A DNA stretch of 64,000 bases, from positions 1,184,001 to 1,248,000 of the forward strand of contig OZ253375.1 in assembly GCA_965261005.1 (NCBI GenBank), given 5' to 3'. Made by a program: the position numbers and the translations under genes. This DNA comes from Deinococcus sp. GTDB lineage: Bacteria > Deinococcota > Deinococci > Deinococcales > Deinococcaceae. The notes beneath the pieces were generated by a model that had not been told where the DNA came from, made no database searches, and saw only the letters and a list, made by a program, of their open reading frames with translations. Positions 10,393 through 22,535 of the stretch are shown here, in pieces; positions within the stretch are counted from its first letter, which is position 1, and each line of letters opens with the position of its first letter.

Positions 10393-11664
10393 CTGAGGGC
10401 CTGACAGAAAGTATGAGAAAGCGTCCCCGCTGTGGGACACTTTCTGTTTGTGAAGACCGAAAATGCCAGCGGGGACGCTGCCCGACTCTATCAAGCTGTT
10501 CTCGCTCAGCTCCAGACTGCTCTCTGGAACGACATCCGCAATGCGCGTACCCTCGCTTGGATGGTCAGCGGCCTGCTGCTCTCCCAGCGCAGCTCTATCC
10601 CCGCTTGGCTCCCTCACATCCACTCTCGTGCCACCTTCGCGCAAAGCAGCGAACGCCGAGTTCGTCGGTGGCTGGAGAATCCAGCCGTTGATCCCACCAG
10701 TGTTTACGGTCCGCTGATCACCCGTGCCCTCCGCGACTGGGGCAGACATCCCCTGATCCTGGCCCTGGATACCAGCGTCCTGTTCGAGAAGTTTTGCCTG
10801 ATCCGCGTCTCGGTGCTCTTTCGGGGACGAGCAGTTCCGCTGGTCTCGCGTGTCCTTGAACATTCCAGCGCCCAGGTCAGCACCGCCCACCTGCTCCCCG
10901 TGCTGGCCGAAGTCAAGGGGATGCTCGACTTCCTTGGCCTACATCAAGTTCGCCTGCTGGCCGATCGAGGGTTCTGCGATACGGAACTGATGGCGTGGCT
11001 CCGAGTCTGCGGCTGGCATTACCGCATCCGCATCAAATCGAGCTTGATTCTGGCTGCTCCAGATGGACAGCGGTTGTGCAAGGTGGGTGAGGTGCGACTT
11101 TCGCCCAGAGAGACCCGTTGCTTTCACAACATCACCTTGACTGGACAGCACTTCGGTTCCGTTCACGTCGCTCTGGGCCGTCCGACAGACGGCCTAGAGC
11201 AGTGGCAGGTGGTGAGTGACGAACCGACGAGCGTGAAGACGTTTACCGAGTACGGCGCACGCTTCCAGATCGAAGAGGGGTTTCTGGACGAGAAAAGCGG
11301 CCTCTTCGATCTGGAAGATGCCAAACTTCGCGATGTGGCCAGCCTGGAGCGGCTGGTCTTGGTCATCTCGGTCGCTACGCTTCTGCTCGTCTCGGAGGGA
11401 CTTCAGACCGTACACAGCGGCGCTCGCCGAGTGGTTGATCCCCACTGGCAGCGGGGATTGAGCTATCTCAAAATCGGTCTACGGGCCGTTCAGTACGCCC
11501 TCAGCCGGGGTCAGGCGGTGTTCACCCGCCTGATCCTCCAGGGTGGCCCTGACCCTGAACCGCTGGGGACTCGAAAGCGCCCTCGTCCTACCCCACTGAC
11601 CACGCTCGAAGTCGGCTGGAAGCTCGTTTTTCGCTCACCCTCATAAAATCTGTCAGGCCGTCAG
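10393..11664 (+). mobile_element. IS4-family insertion sequence, 1272 bp
   Basis: Terminal IRs CTGAGGGCCTGACAGA / TCTGTCAGGCCGTCAG (one mismatch); 10-bp TSD CTAGTGCCGC at 10383-10392 and 11665-11674. Confidence 0.93.
10450..11646 (+). CDS. IS4-family DDE transposase
   Basis: LALDTS, LLADRGF and YREK-like [15 protein letters not shown]; intact ORF; GTG start inferred. Confidence 0.9.
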   Translation: MKTENASGDAARLYQAVLAQLQTALWNDIRNARTLAWMVSGLLLSQRSSIPAWLPHIHSRATFAQSSERRVRRWLENPAVDPTSVYGPLITRALRDWGRHPLILALDTSVLFEKFCLIRVSVLFRGRAVPLVSRVLEHSSAQVSTAHLLPVLAEVKGMLDFLGLHQVRLLADRGFCDTELMAWLRVCGWHYRIRIKSSLILAAPDGQRLCKVGEVRLSPRETRCFHNITLTGQHFGSVHVALGRPTDGLEQWQVVSDEPTSVKTFTEYGARFQIEEGFLDEKSGLFDLEDAKLRDVASLERLVLVISVATLLLVSEGLQTVHSGARRVVDPHWQRGLSYLKIGLRAVQYALSRGQAVFTRLILQGGPDPEPLGTRKRPRPTPLTTLEVGWKLVFRSPS

Positions 11665-11869
11665 CTAGTGCCGCAACTTAAATAGCCTTCTTCAGTCAGG
11701 GTTCGCTTTGTTGACGTGACCAGTGAACCTTCCAGCTTTCCCAAATCTTCTGGAGTTACCCACCAAATATCTCCGCCCCAGAAGGCAGACTCACTGCTAA
11801 ACGGCGTTGCACCGGATTTGGTGTCAAACATGAAACGCAGTCGGCGCGATTGCCAAGCCTTCTGCACCA

Positions 11870-14005
11870 TTACGCCGTGACCTCTTGCAGCAATCTCAAA
11901 ATCCGCTGTTCCACTTCGCTCAACTCTCTGTCTATTTCGGCCAGCGGGCGCGGAGGCTCATAAGTAAAGAACTCGCGGTTGAAGTTGATCTCGTAGCCCA
12001 CCTTGCCCACGCCGCCATCTTTCTCGTCGGCGGCCTCCGGGTCTATCCAGGCGTCCGGTACGTAGGGACGCACCTCACGCTCGAAAAAGGCCACGGGATG
12101 CTCGTCCAGCGGCACGTTTTCAAAGTCGCGCAGGCTGCTGTCTGGTTCATACGTCACCTGGCGCTTGCCCTTGCTGGCGGGGTCCGGGTAGATACCGAAC
12201 AGGGCGTCCAGCTCGGCTTGGGGCAGGTTGGGCACGTCGTGGGCGGGGAAATGCTGTGCGCCGATGGTTCCGGCGAAGGAGCCGCGCCCGGCAATCACGG
12301 GCTGGGCGTCCGGGTGCGGGGTGGTAAAGGCGTCGCGGAACAGCTTGCGGCTGCGGGCCGTCCACTTGATGTCGTTTTGCTTGCCCGCCAGTTCGGCCCG
12401 CTCCCGAATGGGGTTCCAGTCATCGTGGGCTTCGCCGCCCAGTTGCCGTTCCAGGTCGCGCACCACGTCCAGGTAATCGGGCAGCGTGTCCAGAAAGCGG
12501 GCCTTGGCCTCGCGGGTCATCTGAAAGCGCAGGCGCAGGGGCCGCTCGACGGTGACGCGGCGGTAGCCAAAATAGGTGTTGCGGTAGGTCTTGCTGTGTG
12601 GGCTGGGGTTGTTTTCAAAGTCGCCGTGTTCATTGGTGATGGTGTCTATCGTCTCTTCGGACAGGTAGCGGCGCTTGTCGCCCAGGCTGCGGCGCATGGG
12701 CGTCCAGCGCTCACGGGCGTCAATCAGTTGTAACTTGCCCCGGCGCTCTGAGGCCTTGCGGTTGGTCACGATCCAGACAAAGGTTCCAATGCCCGTGTTG
12801 TAAAACATCTGCTCTGGCAGCGCCACAATGGCTTCCAGCCAGTCGTTTTCCAGAATCCAGCGCCGAATTTCGCTCTCGCCGCTGCCCGCGCCGCCGGTGA
12901 ACAGGGGCGAGCCGTTGAAGACTACGGCGGCGCGGCTGCCCCGTTCCAGCGGGTCTGTTTCGGTGGGCTTGTTCTGGAACTTGGCAATCATGTGGAGCAA
13001 GAACAGCAAGGCTCCGTCGTTGACGCGGGGGAGCTTGGGGCCGAAACGCCCAGCATAGCCCGCCTGCTTGTGTTCATACTCAATCACGCTCTGCTGACCT
13101 TTCCAATCCACGCCGAACGGAGGATTGGCGAGCAAATAATTGAATTTCTCGTCTGGAAACTGGTCTTTGGTCAGCGTGTTGCCAGGACGAATATTCTCGG
13201 CGTCTTGGCCCTTGATGAGCAGGTCAGAGGCAGCGACGGCGTAAGAGCGCGGGTTGTAGTCCTGGCCGAACGTTTTGACGATCAGCTTTTTATTGTGGTC
13301 ACGCAGCCAGCTTTCACCCTCGGAAAGCATGCCGCCCGTTCCGCACGTTGGGTCGTAAATGGTGACGACTTTGGCATCTTTCTTCAAATATTCAATGTCA
13401 GGCGCCAGCAACAAATTGACCATCAGGTGAATCACTTCGCGCGGGGTAAAGTGATCGCCGGCGGTCTCGTTGGCCGCTTCGTTAAAGCGGCGGATCAGGT
13501 CTTCAAAGAGCAGGCCCATTTGAATGTTGTCCACTGCGCCCGGCCCCAAATCTATGCTGGCAAACTGCTGGGCGATCAGAAACAGGCGGTCACTCTCCAC
13601 CAATTTCTCAACTTCCTTTTCAAAATCAAAGGCCCGGAAAATGGTGCGGACGTTGGCCGAGAAGCCCTCCACATAGCTCATGATGTGCTGCCCGATGTTT
13701 TCCGGGTCGCCCTTCAGAATTTCAAAATCGAACCGGCTGTGATTGTGGAAGTTCTGGCCCGCCACTTTGTTCAAGGTCAGGTCAATCTTGTCGCCCAGTT
13801 GCTCCACCTGGCCTTTACGCTTCAGCTCCGCGTATTTCGCCAGCACCTGCGGCTTGGTCTCGGCCAGCACGCAATCAAAGCGGCGCAGGACCACCATGGG
13901 CAGCATGACCCGCTCGTACTGCGGGGGGCGGTAGGGGCCGCGCAGCAGGTCGGCCACCGACCAAATAAAATTGGAGAGGCTTTGGACTTTTGGGGTGGCT
14001 GTCAT
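11870..14005 (-). CDS. hsdM: type I RM methyltransferase subunit
   Basis: FIWSVADLLRG, HFTPREVI, YDPTCGTGGML, ANPPFG, FYNTGI; TAATG coupling to hsdS. Confidence 0.95.
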   Translation of the reverse strand: MTATPKVQSLSNFIWSVADLLRGPYRPPQYERVMLPMVVLRRFDCVLAETKPQVLAKYAELKRKGQVEQLGDKIDLTLNKVAGQNFHNHSRFDFEILKGDPENIGQHIMSYVEGFSANVRTIFRAFDFEKEVEKLVESDRLFLIAQQFASIDLGPGAVDNIQMGLLFEDLIRRFNEAANETAGDHFTPREVIHLMVNLLLAPDIEYLKKDAKVVTIYDPTCGTGGMLSEGESWLRDHNKKLIVKTFGQDYNPRSYAVAASDLLIKGQDAENIRPGNTLTKDQFPDEKFNYLLANPPFGVDWKGQQSVIEYEHKQAGYAGRFGPKLPRVNDGALLFLLHMIAKFQNKPTETDPLERGSRAAVVFNGSPLFTGGAGSGESEIRRWILENDWLEAIVALPEQMFYNTGIGTFVWIVTNRKASERRGKLQLIDARERWTPMRRSLGDKRRYLSEETIDTITNEHGDFENNPSPHSKTYRNTYFGYRRVTVERPLRLRFQMTREAKARFLDTLPDYLDVVRDLERQLGGEAHDDWNPIRERAELAGKQNDIKWTARSRKLFRDAFTTPHPDAQPVIAGRGSFAGTIGAQHFPAHDVPNLPQAELDALFGIYPDPASKGKRQVTYEPDSSLRDFENVPLDEHPVAFFEREVRPYVPDAWIDPEAADEKDGGVGKVGYEINFNREFFTYEPPRPLAEIDRELSEVEQRILRLLQEVTA

Positions 14006-14036
14006 GGTCCTACCACTTTACGAACTTGTTCCCGTA

Positions 14037-15857
<1,821 letters not shown>

Positions 15858-15929
15858 AGAATCTCCTGCCCGTTCCGGGCATGCTTATAGCAAACTTCGT
15901 GTTTTTAAGCTGGCCGTCCTACGTTCAGC

Positions 15930-16102
15930 GTGCCGGGCCTTGTCGGGGCGTTGCCGCCGCGCGTTTATGACCGGGCTTCCACCGCATGTCCTGACATACG
16001 TGTGGGGGGAGGGTCCGCCGTGACCCTGGAAGCATCCGCAGATCGTTCGATGACTTCCACCTCGTATCCCGGCCACCGTAGGGCCGGGCCTTGCGCTTCC
16101 CC
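15930..16102 (-). ncRNA. glmS ribozyme (GlcN6P-activated riboswitch); 3' boundary approximate
   Basis: Minus strand reads AGCGCaag-[hairpin]-ATACGAGGTGGAAGTCATCGAACGATCTGCGGATGCTTCC, matching the glmS ribozyme core; lies in the glmS leader. Confidence 0.85.
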
Positions 16103-16175
16103 AAGTTTAGTTTTGCTTGCCGCCTCCCTTCGGGGGAAGTGTAACACGGTCCAAAGTGTGAGTAAGGTGTGTACG

Positions 16176-16916
16176 TCACTCAAGGGTGGGCGAGATTAGG
16201 GCCACCTCTTCGCGCCCGTCCGCCCGCGCGGCCAGCTCGGCGGCGTATTTGGCGGCGCGCTGAGGTCCCATCCAGGACGTCCAGTAGGCGCGCATGGTGT
16301 CCGCGACCAGCTGGACCGGCAGGCGGTCAAGACCCGGCTCGTGTGGGCAGAACAGCAGGTCCATGTTGGTCACGGGGCCGCCGCCCCGGCCGCCCACCGG
16401 CTGCTCGTAGCGCAGATCCACCTGCAAAAAGCCCAGCTTGGCAAAGGCGCGCCGCCGCGCGGTGGGGTCCGAGCCGACGGCTTTTTCCCGCACCAACTCC
16501 TCCGCGCTCAGCCGCGCGGGGTTCACCACGTCGATGAAGACGCCCGGCACCGTCCTCCCTGGCACCGTCCCCCCTGGCACCGCGCCCCCGGCCGCCGCGT
16601 CCAGCAGCCGGAAGCGCTCCTCGTGCAATTGGCGCGCGATGCCCCGCCCGCGCGCCTCCCGGTCCACCGCCATAAAGCTCGAAAAGCCTGTTCCTGGCGG
16701 CGCCAAGTAGTGAAACAGCGTGCCGCCCAGCAAGGTCCCGTCCTCCTCGGCCACCAGCAGGAAGTTGTGCCGCCCGCCCACCTCGCCCAACATCTGCCCG
16801 ATGTATTGGGCGGGAATCAGCATGTCCGGCTCGAAGTAGGCGTTCTCTTGAAGCCTCCCGAAGGCGGCGATGGCGGGGTCGGCGGGATCGGTGACGGGGC
16901 GCAGGGTGACGGTCAC
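16176..16916 (-). CDS. GNAT family acetyltransferase
   Basis: Motif [17 protein letters not shown] start overlaps the upstream stop (GTGA). Confidence 0.75.
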   Translation of the reverse strand: MTVTLRPVTDPADPAIAAFGRLQENAYFEPDMLIPAQYIGQMLGEVGGRHNFLLVAEEDGTLLGGTLFHYLAPPGTGFSSFMAVDREARGRGIARQLHEERFRLLDAAAGGAVPGGTVPGRTVPGVFIDVVNPARLSAEELVREKAVGSDPTARRRAFAKLGFLQVDLRYEQPVGGRGGGPVTNMDLLFCPHEPGLDRLPVQLVADTMRAYWTSWMGPQRAAKYAAELAARADGREEVALISPTLE

Positions 16917-17884
16917 GGGCGCTCCCAGCGCGCGCGCAAAAATTCCAGCTTTTCGAGCGTCTGCGCGCCCGCGCCGCCCTCGTGGCGGTTGAAGGGGTAG
17001 ATTCGCACTTCCTTGGGGCCGGCGTAGTGGTTGTAGGCGGCGAAGACCGTGCTGGGCGGGCACACGTCGTCCATCAGGCCAACCGAGAAGAGCGTCTCCG
17101 CCCCGGCGCGCGCCGCGAAGTGCATCCCGTCGAAGTAGGCCAGCGTGGCGAAGACCCGCTCGACCTCACCCCGGTGAATCCGCAGGTAGTTGGCGATCTC
17201 GGCGTAGGGCAAGCTATCCACCAAGGTCACGGCGCGCGTGAAGTGGCACAAAAAGGGCACGTCCGGCAGCGCCAGCCCCACGTCCGGCAGCAGGCCCGCC
17301 ACCGCGAGGGTGATCCCGCCCCCCTGACTGCCGCCGGACACGGCGATTCGGGCGGCGTCTATTCCCTCGAACGAGCGGGCCGTCTCCACCGCCCGCACGG
17401 CGTCGGCGAAGACGCGGCGGTAGTAGTAGGTTGTCGGGTCCAGAATGCCGCGCGTCATGAAGCCGGGATACTGTGGCCCGGCGCCCTCTGGATCGGGCGT
17501 GTCGCCCCTCGACCAGGCGCTGCCCTGCCCGCGCGTGTCCATCACGAAGTGGGCGTGTCCGGCGCTGGCGTAGGTCAGCCAGTCGGTGACGTGGCCCCGC
17601 CCACCGCCGTAGCCGATGAATTCCACCACGCAGGGTAAGGAACCGTCCGCGTTCCTCGGCAAGATCAGCCAGCCCTTCACATCCTGGCCGGCGAAGCCGC
17701 GAAAGGTCACGTCATAGGCGGATAAAGTTCGTAATGGCGTGTCGAGGGGCACGAAGCGGGCGTTCAACTCATGGGCGCGCGTCCCCCGTAAGGTCTCTTC
17801 CCAAAAGGCGTCGAAGTCGCCCGGCTCGGCGCGCTCGGGCTTGTACGTTTGCAGCTGGTCGAGCGGCATGTCATAGAGGGGCAT
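16913..17884 (-). CDS. acetylxylan esterase / cephalosporin-C deacetylase (CE7)
   Basis: DFDAFW, DTRGQG, GGSQGGG nucleophile motif, [12 protein letters not shown]. Confidence 0.92.
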   Translation of the reverse strand: MPLYDMPLDQLQTYKPERAEPGDFDAFWEETLRGTRAHELNARFVPLDTPLRTLSAYDVTFRGFAGQDVKGWLILPRNADGSLPCVVEFIGYGGGRGHVTDWLTYASAGHAHFVMDTRGQGSAWSRGDTPDPEGAGPQYPGFMTRGILDPTTYYYRRVFADAVRAVETARSFEGIDAARIAVSGGSQGGGITLAVAGLLPDVGLALPDVPFLCHFTRAVTLVDSLPYAEIANYLRIHRGEVERVFATLAYFDGMHFAARAGAETLFSVGLMDDVCPPSTVFAAYNHYAGPKEVRIYPFNRHEGGAGAQTLEKLEFLRARWERP

Positions 17885-17976
17885 CCCCGCGAGCTTACCT
17901 GAACTGGGCTTCATCAAACGCTGCGCCGCTCATGAAAGGCGCGCACGAAAATACCCCTCGTTCCAAGGAGGTTTTC

Positions 17977-19134
17977 ATGATTACCGAAAACGACATCGCG
18001 CGCATCGAAGGGTTGCCCGAGGACAGCATGGTCCTGACGGCCGTCGTGAACGTCAACCCCGCCATTGTGGACAACCAGGCCGGCGCGCTGCACACCCGCG
18101 CCAAGAGCATGATGAGTGACGCCGGCGTGCCCGCCACCCTGATGAACCGGGTGCTCGACGACATCGTGGAGGCGCGAACCGAGTACGGCAAAAGTTCGGT
18201 CTTCGTGGTGGGCGAGGACGTCTACGAGCGCTTCGACGTGCAGGTGGACTTGCCCGAGCGCTACCACTACGGCCGCCCCATGCCGGCCATTCTGAACGCC
18301 GCCGTGGCCTCGATGCCGACCCTGGCCGTGCTGGCGGTGGACCGCGAGTGGGCGCGCTTTTTCGAGTTGAAGCAGGGCGAGCTGAGCGAATTGCGCCGCA
18401 ACGAGAACGCCGACATCAATGACAACGACAACAGGGACGACTTCACCTCCGCGACCCAGCACGTGCCCGGCGTGGGCGGCAGCGATCAAGGCAGCGGCCC
18501 CAGGAGCAACAGCGGCAATGACCTGTTCCAGGCCCACGAGGACGCCCTGCAACAGCGCTTCTACAATGATGTGGCCCCACAGCTGGTCAATTTGATGAAG
18601 GCGCGCGACCTCAGGCAGTTGGTGCTGGTCGGCCCCGAGGAGAGGGTGGCCGAGTTCAAGGTCGAGCTGCCCGACAAGGCCCCCTTCGAGGTGATCGGCG
18701 AGACCAACGTGGCCCTCGGCACCGGCGAGGTCAACCCCCAGCAAGTGCTCGACAAGATCATGCCTATCGTGGAGCAGTTCCAGGGCGAGGAGGAGACCCG
18801 CCTGATGGAGCAAATTCAGGAGCAGGGCGTGATGGAGATGGAGAACGTCTTGCAAATGGTGCAACAGGGCCAGATTTACCAGCTGCTGATTCCGGGGGAC
18901 GGCTCGCAAGTCCACCTGATGCGCAGTCACAACCCCGAGGTGCCCTACTTCACCTCCAAAAAGGACGTCGAGGAAAGCCCCCTGGACGGCAGCTTGATGG
19001 AGCGCGTGACGCTGGAGGAGGTCTTGCCGCAGCTGAGGGAGCTATATGGCATGGACATCAAGCGCATGCACGGCGACCACGCCGAAAAGCTGGTGCGCGA
19101 GTACGGCGGCCTGGCGGGCTTGCCGAGGTACTGA
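17977..19134 (+). CDS. bacterial aeRF1-type release-factor-like protein (baeRF-like)
   Basis: AAGGAGG RBS; eRF1-like central core (LAVLAVDREWARFF..LVLVGP) and C-terminal GGLAGLPRY. Confidence 0.7.
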   Translation: MITENDIARIEGLPEDSMVLTAVVNVNPAIVDNQAGALHTRAKSMMSDAGVPATLMNRVLDDIVEARTEYGKSSVFVVGEDVYERFDVQVDLPERYHYGRPMPAILNAAVASMPTLAVLAVDREWARFFELKQGELSELRRNENADINDNDNRDDFTSATQHVPGVGGSDQGSGPRSNSGNDLFQAHEDALQQRFYNDVAPQLVNLMKARDLRQLVLVGPEERVAEFKVELPDKAPFEVIGETNVALGTGEVNPQQVLDKIMPIVEQFQGEEETRLMEQIQEQGVMEMENVLQMVQQGQIYQLLIPGDGSQVHLMRSHNPEVPYFTSKKDVEESPLDGSLMERVTLEEVLPQLRELYGMDIKRMHGDHAEKLVREYGGLAGLPRY

Positions 19135-19140
19135 CGGTTT

Positions 19141-19169
19141 GAAAAAGGGGCGATGGCGCCCCTTTTTTC
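19141..19169. terminator. intrinsic terminator, possibly bidirectional
   Basis: AAAAAGGGGCG-atgg-CGCCCCTTTTTT just after the stop. Confidence 0.8.
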
Positions 19170-19267
19170 TGGCGCGATTGTTGACAAGATTTGTAAGATT
19201 ATCTTCGCGTCTTTTGAGGTACATTGAACCCGTCTACCCAAGGCCCACAACCCAGAAAGAGGTTTGT

Positions 19268-20521
19268 ATGAAACGACCGCTCACCCGTCCGTTGCTGTCC
19301 GCGCTCGCCCTGACCGGCACCTTGCTGGGGGCCGCGCACGCCCAAAAGACCACCACGCTGCACATCTTCATGGGGTCGCAGGAGCGGCCCGAAATCTTCC
19401 AGCCGATCTTCGACCGCTACACCAAGCAGAACCCCAACATAAAAATCAAGATCGAGACCGGCGGCGCCACCTCGGAGTTGCAAAACCAGTACCTGACGAC
19501 CGTGCTGGCCGCCAAGGACTCCACCCTCGACATCTTTTTGATTGACGTGGTGCGGGTGGCGACCTTCGCCGCCGCCGGCTGGGCCGAGCCGCTGAACAGC
19601 TACCTGCCGTCCGGTGACGCCTACCTCAAGGCCTACTTGCAGGGGCCGATCAGCGCCGACACCGTGAACGGCAAGCTCTACGCCCTGCCGGCCTTTACCG
19701 ACGCGCAGTTTCTCTATTACCGCAAGGACCTGCTCGACAAGTACAAGGCCAAGGTGCCGAAAACCTGGGACGAATTGACCCAGACCGCCCAGAAGATCAC
19801 CAAGGCCGAGGGCGGCGACCTCCAGGGCTTCAACTTTCAGGGCGCCCCCATCGAGGGAACGGTCTGCAACTTCCTGGAGATGACCTGGACCGGGGGCGGC
19901 GACGCCAGCAAGCCGGACTCGGCGGCCGGCAAGCAGGGGCTGGGCTTTTTAGTGAACGCGGTCAAGACCGGCTTATCCCCCAAGGCCAGCGCCGAGATCA
20001 AGACCGACGACTCGCGCAAGCAGTTTCAGGCCGGAAACGTGCTGTTCGGCCTGAACTGGTCCTACGCCTGGGCGCACTTCCAGGGGAACTCCCCCGACCC
20101 GACCAAGGTGAAGGGCGACGTGGGCGTCGCCAAGCTGCCGGTCTTCGGCAGCAATCCCAGCGCCACCTGCACCGGGGGCTGGCAGTGGGCCGTCAACGCC
20201 TACGGCACCAACAAGGCGCAGGCCGCCAAGCTGCTGGAGTTCATGGCCTCGACGGGCGTGCAGCGTGAGCTGGCCGTCAAGGGCGCCTACCTGCCGGTGC
20301 GCAAGAGCCTCTACAACGACGCCCAGGTGCTGGCCGCCAACCCGCACTTTAAGGCGCTCTATCCGGTGATCGTGAACGCCAAGCCGCGCCCGGTCACGCC
20401 CGCCTACCCGCGCGTCTCGGAACTGATTCGCACCAACGTCTCGGCGGCGGTGGCCGGCAGCAAGAGCGTGGACCAGGCCCTGAAGGACATGCAGCAGGGC
20501 CTCGACGACATGATGAAGTGA
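19268..20521 (+). CDS. sugar ABC transporter substrate-binding protein
   Basis: Signal peptide; GKLYALP, LYYRKDLL, GGWQWAVN. Confidence 0.9.
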   Translation: MKRPLTRPLLSALALTGTLLGAAHAQKTTTLHIFMGSQERPEIFQPIFDRYTKQNPNIKIKIETGGATSELQNQYLTTVLAAKDSTLDIFLIDVVRVATFAAAGWAEPLNSYLPSGDAYLKAYLQGPISADTVNGKLYALPAFTDAQFLYYRKDLLDKYKAKVPKTWDELTQTAQKITKAEGGDLQGFNFQGAPIEGTVCNFLEMTWTGGGDASKPDSAAGKQGLGFLVNAVKTGLSPKASAEIKTDDSRKQFQAGNVLFGLNWSYAWAHFQGNSPDPTKVKGDVGVAKLPVFGSNPSATCTGGWQWAVNAYGTNKAQAAKLLEFMASTGVQRELAVKGAYLPVRKSLYNDAQVLAANPHFKALYPVIVNAKPRPVTPAYPRVSELIRTNVSAAVAGSKSVDQALKDMQQGLDDMMK

Positions 20522-20554
20522 GGGGCATGAAGTGAAGGGTGATGAAGTGAACCC

Positions 20555-21484
20555 ATGTCCGACCAAACGCTGACGACCGCCACCAAGCCGGCCCGCCCCC
20601 GCCGCGACCTCAGCGAGGGGGCGCTGGCGGCGCTCTTGCTGCTGCCGGCCGCGCTGATCTTCGGCTTGGTGCTGCTGTACCCGCTGATTTCCACGGTGTG
20701 GTCGAGCTTTTTCGTGCAGAGGTTGACCGAGCCGTATCTGGGCACGCCCTTTGTCGGCTTCAAGCAATACGCCCAGCTCTTTCGGGACCCGCGCTTCCTG
20801 AACGCCCTGTGGAACACCGTGATGTTCGGCGCGCTGACGGTGGGCGGCTCCTTTTTGGTGGGCATTCCGATGGCGATGCTGGCCCACCTCGACACCCGCT
20901 GGAAGACGCTGGCGCGGGTCGCCATGCTGCTGCCGTGGGCCATGCCGCCGGTCTTCACCGCGCTGATCTTCGCGTGGCTCTTCAACGGGCAGTACGGCGT
21001 GGTGAACGACCTGCTCTTTCGGCTGCACCTGGTTTCCGAGCGGGTGCAGTTTCTGACCAACCCCTTTTGGGCCGCCTTCGCGATGGTCGTGACCATCGTC
21101 TGGAAGACGTCGAGCTTCGTCGCGCTGATCGTGCTGGGCGGCCTACAGGGCATCCCGCGCGAGCTGTCCGAGGCCGCCGAGGTGGACGGGGCCAGCAAGG
21201 TCGCCGGCTTCCTGCGGGTCACGCTGCCGCTGCTGGGGCCGGCACTGGCGGTCGCCTTTATCTTCCGGGCCATCAGCGCCATTCAGGTCTTCGACTTTCC
21301 CTACACCTTCATCTCGCAGGCGGCCCCCGCCGCCCGGCTGGAAACGCTGGGCGTCTACATCTACCGCACCACCATCGAGTACCTCGACTTCGGCTACGGC
21401 GCCACCATCTCGGTCGCCCTGTTCGCGCTGAGCCTGGCGATCACGGCGCTGTACGTGCGCCTGGTGAGGGGGGGTGAATCTTGA
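20555..21484 (+). CDS. sugar ABC transporter permease
   Basis: Multi-TM; EAA motif EAAEVDGAS. Confidence 0.92.
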   Translation: MSDQTLTTATKPARPRRDLSEGALAALLLLPAALIFGLVLLYPLISTVWSSFFVQRLTEPYLGTPFVGFKQYAQLFRDPRFLNALWNTVMFGALTVGGSFLVGIPMAMLAHLDTRWKTLARVAMLLPWAMPPVFTALIFAWLFNGQYGVVNDLLFRLHLVSERVQFLTNPFWAAFAMVVTIVWKTSSFVALIVLGGLQGIPRELSEAAEVDGASKVAGFLRVTLPLLGPALAVAFIFRAISAIQVFDFPYTFISQAAPAARLETLGVYIYRTTIEYLDFGYGATISVALFALSLAITALYVRLVRGGES

Positions 21485-22317
21485 CGGCAAAACTGAACCT
21501 CTCCGAGCGCGCCGTCAGGGCGGTGGGCCTGACCCTCCTGATCGTCGGCGGGCTGTTTCCCCTGGTCTGGATTCTGCTGACCAGCCTCAAGAACGAGACC
21601 GAGCTGCAAACCTTTCCGCTTCAGTACTTGCCGGCCGTGCCAGCCTGGAGCAACTACGCCCGCGTCTTCAGCGAGGAGCCGTTCGCGCGCTTTTTCCTGA
21701 ACTCCCTGGTCGTGTCGGGCCTGAGTACGATTTTGTGCGTGGTGGTCGCGGCGCTGGCGGCCTACGCCCTGGCGCGGCTCAAGCTGCGCGGGCGCACCTT
21801 TCTCACCACGGCGGTGATCGTCTTCAGCATGTTCCCGGTCGTCAGCTTGATCGTGCCGCTGTTCAAGCTGCTGCGCGGCGCCAACTTGCTCAACACCTAC
21901 CCCGCGCTGATCCTGCCGTACACCGCCCTCTCGCTGCCGGTCGCCATTCTGGTGCTGGTCGCCTTTTTTTCCAGCATCCCGCGCGACTTGGAGGCAGCGG
22001 CGATGGTGGACGGCTGCTCGCGGGTCAGCGCCCTGTGGCGGGTGGTCGTGCCCCTCAGCGCCCCCGGCATGGTCACGGCGGCCCTGCTCGTCTTTGTGAA
22101 TTCCTGGAACGAGTTCCTGCTGGCCCTCTCGTTCAACACCAAGCTCGACATGCGCACCGTCTCGGTGGGCGTCAACCTCTACCAAGGGGAATTCTCGTTT
22201 CCTTGGCCCCTGATCAGCGCCGCCATTATCGTGGGCGTGGTCCCCATCGTCGCGCTGATCGTCATTTTCCAGCGCCGCTTCGTCGCCGGCCTGACGGCGG
22301 GGGCGGTGAAGGGGTGA
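21481..22317 (+). CDS. sugar ABC transporter permease
   Basis: EAAAMVDGCS, SWNEF; overlaps the upstream permease. Confidence 0.92.
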   Translation: MTAKLNLSERAVRAVGLTLLIVGGLFPLVWILLTSLKNETELQTFPLQYLPAVPAWSNYARVFSEEPFARFFLNSLVVSGLSTILCVVVAALAAYALARLKLRGRTFLTTAVIVFSMFPVVSLIVPLFKLLRGANLLNTYPALILPYTALSLPVAILVLVAFFSSIPRDLEAAAMVDGCSRVSALWRVVVPLSAPGMVTAALLVFVNSWNEFLLALSFNTKLDMRTVSVGVNLYQGEFSFPWPLISAAIIVGVVPIVALIVIFQRRFVAGLTAGAVKG

Positions 22318-22447
22318 GCGAGGACGTGGGGAGCGTCATGAAGGCGGTGCGAAAGGCGGACGACCTCGGCGCCCAGCTGGCGATGGCGAAGATCACGGGA
22401 AACTTCAAACGGGGAAACGAGAAATAAATCCAGTTCCCAACATCCTT

Positions 22448-22489
22448 GCTCCCCTCCCTCCTTGCGGGGGAGGGGCCGGGGGTGGGGGG
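22448..22489. repeat. REP-like G/C hairpin element
   Basis: CCCCTCCC-tccttgc-GGGGGAGGGG followed by a G-rich tail; intergenic. Confidence 0.45.
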
Positions 22490-22535
22490 TCCCCCCAGCC
22501 AACCAAAAGACCCATTCCATAAGATCGGAGCGACG

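Larger units (their letters stand above)
9323..11870 (-). pseudogene. hsdS: type I RM specificity subunit interrupted by an IS4-family element
   Basis: N-part 11870-11665 and C-part 10392-9323 rejoin in frame ([24 protein letters not shown]) once the IS and one TSD copy are removed, giving 421 aa with PLPPLPTQRRI and MKDSGLAWLGEIP motifs. Confidence 0.92.

Noticed and set aside
4180..14034. 8-bp inverted CGGGAACA flanking the type I island
   Set aside because: Too short to distinguish from chance, and no TSD.
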